Shown piece after piece: positions 59,297 to 64,000 of a DNA stretch of 64,000 bases. The position numbers and the translations under genes were made by a program. Source of the DNA: Bdellovibrionota bacterium. Its GTDB lineage: Bacteria; Bdellovibrionota_C; UBA2361; JAAYZI01. Numbering within the stretch: the stretch's first letter is position 1; each line of letters begins with the position of its first letter. The stretch spans positions 1 to 64,000 of the forward strand of contig JBMNIF010000003.1 in assembly GCA_050950765.1 (NCBI GenBank). Reading direction: 5' to 3'. The notes under the pieces are model-generated. The model searched no databases. It was not told where the DNA came from and saw only the letters and a list, made by a program, of their open reading frames with translations.

Positions 59297-60439
59297 TTAC
59301 TTAATATTTTTTTGCGCAAGATTAAATACGCTCCAAGTTAAGACGATAGAGAAAGGCAACATAGCGGTATACATAATACCGTCAGCACCCACCCCCCCTG
59401 CACACCTTAAGATCGGCATAAACGGTAAAAGGAAGAGTAAAAATGAGAACCATCCGACGAAAAGATACGGTGCTTTCCAGAAACGCACGGAAACAAAATA
59501 AGAGATGGCAAATACAAAAAACATTGCGATCAGATTCAGCCAGATCGGCAAGGTTGTCGTTTTAATAGCATAAGAAGATGTAACGAGAGGTCCCCAGCTA
59601 CGTGCAAAATAGAGTAAGCACCAACCGAAAGTATCTAGAAGATTATAAAAAGTTGATTGTATTTCAATATGTGCTGAATGTCGCCAAGCTAGATCTATCA
59701 GATTAGAAAAAAAGGTAGAGACAACGGAGATAGCAAAAAAAGGAAGTTTTTCTATAAAAAGATCATATATAGATAACCCTTCTAATGGGATCCAACCCCG
59801 CCCCTGATACTTAACTGCACTGACCCCGTGTCGTTTAAAGCGCGAAAGGGGCCAGATGTCGATTAAGATCAATATAAATGGGAGTACAACAAAAGCGGCA
59901 CTCGCCATCAATGTCACAATAAAGAGGATTAACATCATAAGATATTTTGTTACGCTATTTTTTTTAGTGGCTGCTTGATAGATAAGCATAGTTAGAAGAG
60001 CAAGTGGTGCCCCCACCAAAACACCTCTTAAGGTAGGATCGATTAAAGTTTCTAACTGTATGGGATGCAAAGCAAAAACAGTAGTAGCAACAAGTGCACG
60101 CATTCCATCAGATGTTACTTTGATTAGAAAAATAAAGAAGATCGTTGCAGTCAGTAGGTGTAAGATCACTCCCGATACCCTGTGCAGGGCTAAGTCTTCG
60201 CCAAAAACAGTAAAATCAATGGCGTGAGAGATCCACGCCAGTGGTTGCCACTGCCCATAATATCCCGAACGAAAAGACCACTTGATAGTGTCGAAAGAGA
60301 TCCCTTTAACTAAAACAGTATTATTCAGATATTGAGTATTAAAAGAGGAAACGGGCATAAGTAGCGTTATGCTAAGTGTTATGAAAGCACAGATCAGAAG
60401 TAATCCGAGATAGTATTTTAAAATCCTCTTTTCCAGCAT
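59297..60439 (-). CDS. Membrane protein resembling the TM part of TMTC-like O-mannosyltransferases, without TPRs
   Basis: W.F......WQPL.W.SH..D, H....LH, FALHP...E and EK.PFF motifs; W..YL.VGW segment. Confidence 0.65.
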   Translation of the reverse strand: MLEKRILKYYLGLLLICAFITLSITLLMPVSSFNTQYLNNTVLVKGISFDTIKWSFRSGYYGQWQPLAWISHAIDFTVFGEDLALHRVSGVILHLLTATIFFIFLIKVTSDGMRALVATTVFALHPIQLETLIDPTLRGVLVGAPLALLTMLIYQAATKKNSVTKYLMMLILFIVTLMASAAFVVLPFILILIDIWPLSRFKRHGVSAVKYQGRGWIPLEGLSIYDLFIEKLPFFAISVVSTFFSNLIDLAWRHSAHIEIQSTFYNLLDTFGWCLLYFARSWGPLVTSSYAIKTTTLPIWLNLIAMFFVFAISYFVSVRFWKAPYLFVGWFSFLLFLLPFMPILRCAGGVGADGIMYTAMLPFSIVLTWSVFNLAQKNIK

Positions 60440-60544
60440 TTTAGAGCTGCACCTCTCCTCTAGATCTTGGGTAATAAGTAATGCACCGAGTTTACTACAT
60501 AAAGAGGGGAGCTAGAAAGTATGGAACTTTTAATAGTAGCGGGA

Positions 60545-61453
60545 TTATTTCGATTTCCCATCCGTTAACCAAGATCTAATCCTATTTAGATTATCGTTTA
60601 GCTCATCCCTCTTTTCAATTTTTAGTTTCTCATTATTTAAGAGAAAGAGAACATTATAGACATCGCCTAATTTTGATTGGTCTAAAATCTGCTCTAAAGT
60701 TATGCCTGCCCCACTTCTTTCATTGTATCTTTTAAGGACACCGTTAAGTATTTCAATATATCCTGGCCAATGTAATGAAATAAACTCGTAAGCTCGACTT
60801 CCGATGCAGGAGCTCCCGAAATCAAAGACACCTATCAACCTATGCTTATCATCTACCAAAGTGTTGCCATAAAAAAAATCTCGGTGTAGTAAAACTGGAT
60901 CCGTAGCCTCATTTAAAACACGTCTGACAACAGTGTAAATTTCCGTTATTTCATCCCTTGAAAAATACTCGATAAACTTCTTTTCAAGAGTTTCTCGAAT
61001 GATATCACCCTGTTCTAATGTTTTAAGTGGAAGAGCTGCATCAAGTTTTTTCAGATCAACTTTGTGTATCTCTGTAAAAAAAGATGCGATATCATCGCAA
61101 AAAGCATCTTTTGCAACACTTGATAAAGCGTTGTAAGTATTGCAATCCCACTTTAAACCACAAATCATAACGTGTATTGCGTACTTTATTTTTTCAGTTT
61201 TACAAACTTTAGTGTGGGGGATCGGAACTGAAATCTTCCCTTTTAAAAAATCTAACAATTTAGCTTCTCTTTCATACTGTGCAGTATCACCAGATCGAGG
61301 AACTCTAATAATCTGCGGAGGTTCGTCCCCTCTCGATAGGGAAAAAGCGATGCTACTCCAACCATCCCCTTCTAGCTTCACCTCACTATTAGGGAAGATC
61401 TCTTCTATAATCTTTTGGAGTCGTAACTCTTCTACTTTTTTTGCGTCTGACAT
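60545..61453 (-). CDS. Aminoglycoside phosphotransferase (APH)-like kinase
   Basis: GDGWSS.A, IIRVPR, RE..LL..L, LLHRDF...N and GVFDFG motifs. Confidence 0.8.
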   Translation of the reverse strand: MSDAKKVEELRLQKIIEEIFPNSEVKLEGDGWSSIAFSLSRGDEPPQIIRVPRSGDTAQYEREAKLLDFLKGKISVPIPHTKVCKTEKIKYAIHVMICGLKWDCNTYNALSSVAKDAFCDDIASFFTEIHKVDLKKLDAALPLKTLEQGDIIRETLEKKFIEYFSRDEITEIYTVVRRVLNEATDPVLLHRDFFYGNTLVDDKHRLIGVFDFGSSCIGSRAYEFISLHWPGYIEILNGVLKRYNERSGAGITLEQILDQSKLGDVYNVLFLLNNEKLKIEKRDELNDNLNRIRSWLTDGKSK

Positions 61454-61525
61454 GACATCATTGATTTATAAGAACACGCTAAACAATTTTTAATTTTAAT
61501 GTTTAAGTATTTAAGGCTCCCTTAA

Positions 61526-61858
61526 TTAAGCACCGTGCACATTCTTAGGAGAACGTAAACCTCTTAGGAGATTAGGATCGAACTCATGTAAAGACGACGC
61601 TGGGCGTGGTTTTAATTGTAATTCAGGGTCTAAATTATTTTCTTGTTTCCTATCAAGTTGGCAGTTTTTACAGAGATATTCCCAAAAAGCATCCAGATCT
61701 ATATCTCCATCCAGATCTATATTTTCTTGATTTTTAGCTTCGTTATTTTTAGGAGTAAAATCTGCATAAAATACATTTGACCTTTTAGGCAGATGTGCTT
61801 GAGCAAGGGGATCAGGATTACTTTCGGGTCCTTTGTTCTTTATTCTTTTAACTTCCAT
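61526..61858 (-). CDS. Hypothetical protein
   Basis: 110-aa ORF with ATG and RBS gagg; no recognisable motif. Confidence 0.5.
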   Translation of the reverse strand: MEVKRIKNKGPESNPDPLAQAHLPKRSNVFYADFTPKNNEAKNQENIDLDGDIDLDAFWEYLCKNCQLDRKQENNLDPELQLKPRPASSLHEFDPNLLRGLRSPKNVHGA

Positions 61859-61991
61859 AAAAACCTCATACCTTAAAAAAAGCTAAGAGAACTCCTTTTC
61901 TTTTGGCTGTGTTTTACAGAATATCATAAAGAAAAACCTTAAGCGCGCAATTATTTTAAAAAATATAAGTAATTGATTTAACTATTATAAA

Positions 61992-63443
61992 TCACTGTTG
62001 TCTAATCTTTTTAATTACATTTTGTAGGGTAGCCTCTATCACTTGCTGCGGAAGCTCTTTAATCACCCCCTCTTTCATAAAGAGATTAAGCGCTTTTCTA
62101 ACACTATCGATATCGCTTTTTGTCTTTTGATAGACCTCATCATAGGTAATATCTCTGCGGGCAACGCCATCTTTAACAGCCTGCAGCGCCACCTCTGCTG
62201 CTTCTACTGGAAAGACCTCCGTTTCATCCATTGCTGGAACTATATTATCCGGTGAGATTCCACGTTTCTCGGCAAACTCAGCGATAGCATAAGCAGATCT
62301 GATAGCCATGTTATCCGTTATCTTTGAGGCGTGTGCTAATAACGCACCCTTAAGAATTCCGGGAAAGCAGACAGAGTTATTAACTTGATTAGGAAAGTCC
62401 CCTCTCCCTGTTGCCACGATAAAAGCTCCTGCCTCTTTGGCTTTATGCGGATAGATCTCAGGAACAGGATTGGCGCAAGCAAAAACGATCGCCTTTTTAG
62501 CCATCTCTTTAATCCATTCCGGCTTAATCGTATCAGGTCCAGGTTTTGAAAGAGCTATCAAAACATCAGCGCCACGCAGCGCCTCTCTTATATCTTTTAT
62601 CTTTTTAGGATTGGTTTTTAAACACAACTCCCACTGCGGATACTCCCTCTTATCAGCAGCGATATCCGATCTATCACTGTGCAAAGAGCCGCTACTATTA
62701 AATACAACGATATTTTCAGGAGGGGTTCCACCTTGCATAATAAAACGCGCTACCGTTGTATTGGATGCTCCTGCCCCTAACAGAACGACTTTTGCATCTT
62801 CAAACTTTTTATCAACTAACTTTAAGGCGTTAATCAACCCTGCTAAGATAACACAAGCCGTGCCTTGCGCATCATCATGCCAGACAGGGATCTGACACTC
62901 TTTACGCAACGTATCTAAGACCTGATAACAGTTCGGTTTTGAAATATCTTCAAGATTAATCGCACCAAAGGAAGGCTCAACCATCTTTACAAAATCAATC
63001 AATTTTTCTGCAGCAGGCTCTCCATTAGGTAGGCGATTGTTAACACACAAAACGGTCGCATCGATCCCTGCCAGATATTTCATTAAAAAGGCTTTCCCTT
63101 CCATCACCCCGAGACCACCACAAACACCACAATCGCCATCACCAAGCACACGGGTGGAGTCCGTTACGATCCCGACAGAGTTGCCTTTATTAGAATATTG
63201 ATAAGACTCTTCGATATTATCTCTAATAGCAGTTGAAACAGCGGAGACCCCAGGTGTGTACCAAACGTTAAACCAAGCGTTCCCCCACAAACCTGCTTTC
63301 GGCATCGTCTGAATTTTTCCGCCGTAAAAACGGTGCGCCTCCAACGACAACGCTTTATAGAACGCCGTCTGCGCACGCGCCTTATCCTCTTCTGAAAAAT
63401 CTTTTGGTAAACTTTCTACTAAATTATTTAAGTCTATTTTCAT
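61992..63443 (-). CDS. NAD(P)-dependent malic enzyme (small type)
   Basis: YTPGV, VMEGKA.L.K, INLEDI..P.C, HDDAQGTA, GAGAS, FACANPVPEI and ATGR.DFPNQVNN motifs. Confidence 0.93.
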   Translation of the reverse strand: MKIDLNNLVESLPKDFSEEDKARAQTAFYKALSLEAHRFYGGKIQTMPKAGLWGNAWFNVWYTPGVSAVSTAIRDNIEESYQYSNKGNSVGIVTDSTRVLGDGDCGVCGGLGVMEGKAFLMKYLAGIDATVLCVNNRLPNGEPAAEKLIDFVKMVEPSFGAINLEDISKPNCYQVLDTLRKECQIPVWHDDAQGTACVILAGLINALKLVDKKFEDAKVVLLGAGASNTTVARFIMQGGTPPENIVVFNSSGSLHSDRSDIAADKREYPQWELCLKTNPKKIKDIREALRGADVLIALSKPGPDTIKPEWIKEMAKKAIVFACANPVPEIYPHKAKEAGAFIVATGRGDFPNQVNNSVCFPGILKGALLAHASKITDNMAIRSAYAIAEFAEKRGISPDNIVPAMDETEVFPVEAAEVALQAVKDGVARRDITYDEVYQKTKSDIDSVRKALNLFMKEGVIKELPQQVIEATLQNVIKKIRQQ

Positions 63444-63676
63444 AACAATCCCTTTAAAATGAGATCTCCCTAAAAGATATTTGAAACACTAAATAATGTC
63501 GAGTGATTTGTCCGCTAAACTCCCTTCTTTTCAACAACTCTTGTATTTTTTTGTAATGTCAAGATAGAGATTAAGTATATTTTATACAAAAAATTTAAGA
63601 ACGGTTAAGATCTGGCGCTTTTTATGGTTTTATCTGATACTTAGCAAACTCGTTTTTTATTTATAGAGCCGCTCTT

Positions 63677-64000
63677 ATGTCAAAACATACCGTTCTTTCA
63701 CTTTTATTAAGTGTCGTACTCCTAGCCTCTTCAGCTTGCAGCACACAACTTGAAGACAATACCCCTTCTGTTACATACGATTTTGATTCTATCGGACTTT
63801 ACTTAGCTCGCGGATCTCTTACTAAAACAGATTTTGAACAGTATAAGGTGTTTTCCAAAAATCTCTTTTTTGAATGCGGTGAGATAAAAGGTGGAGAAAA
63901 TATCCCAACACAACAAGCCCCCGCTCTCTTAACACCGACACAACAGAAAAAAATTCAAGGCACCGCTACGGCACTTTGTGAAGTTTTAGAGGACTCGAAC
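63677..64000 (+). CDS. Lipoprotein, hypothetical (3'-truncated by the window edge)
   Basis: MSKHTVLSLLLSVVLLASSA-C lipobox; the frame appears open to the end of the window. Confidence 0.65.
   Translation, partial: MSKHTVLSLLLSVVLLASSACSTQLEDNTPSVTYDFDSIGLYLARGSLTKTDFEQYKVFSKNLFFECGEIKGGENIPTQQAPALLTPTQQKKIQGTATALCEVLEDSN

Overview
Bacterial chromosome segment with AT-rich intergenic DNA. Its synteny (dksA-ispE-tRNA-Gln-prs-rplY-pth-rpsF-rplI; rpsP-trmD-SPOUT methyltransferase) looks deltaproteobacterial or Bdellovibrionota-like, which is an inference. It opens with two tandem genes whose 3' parts are near-identical. The complete one encodes a giant secreted M4 metalloprotease with Cys/Asp-rich TSP3-like repeats and FG-GAP repeats. 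The middle is mostly housekeeping and amino-acid genes (metG, asnA, thrBC, serAC, stand-alone trpB, asd), plus four GT-C-like membrane proteins, scattered flagellar genes (fliL, a divergent fliD pair, an HDOD protein), tRNA-Gln and tRNA-Leu. Downstream of guaA lies an AT-rich island with no integrase (about 48.7-55.9 kb). It carries Fic, an AAA-DUF4143 ATPase, truncated DUF1016, DUF4268, an AbiE toxin-antitoxin pair, and unannotated relics of HerA and wHTH genes. Repeated copies of the guaA 3' att core punctuate it, suggesting serial integrations followed by decay. The most unusual non-coding signal is three unrelated intergenic tandem arrays sharing a ~76-80-bp period, two of them with A/B alternating units. 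All calls come from reading motifs by eye; no database searches were run.
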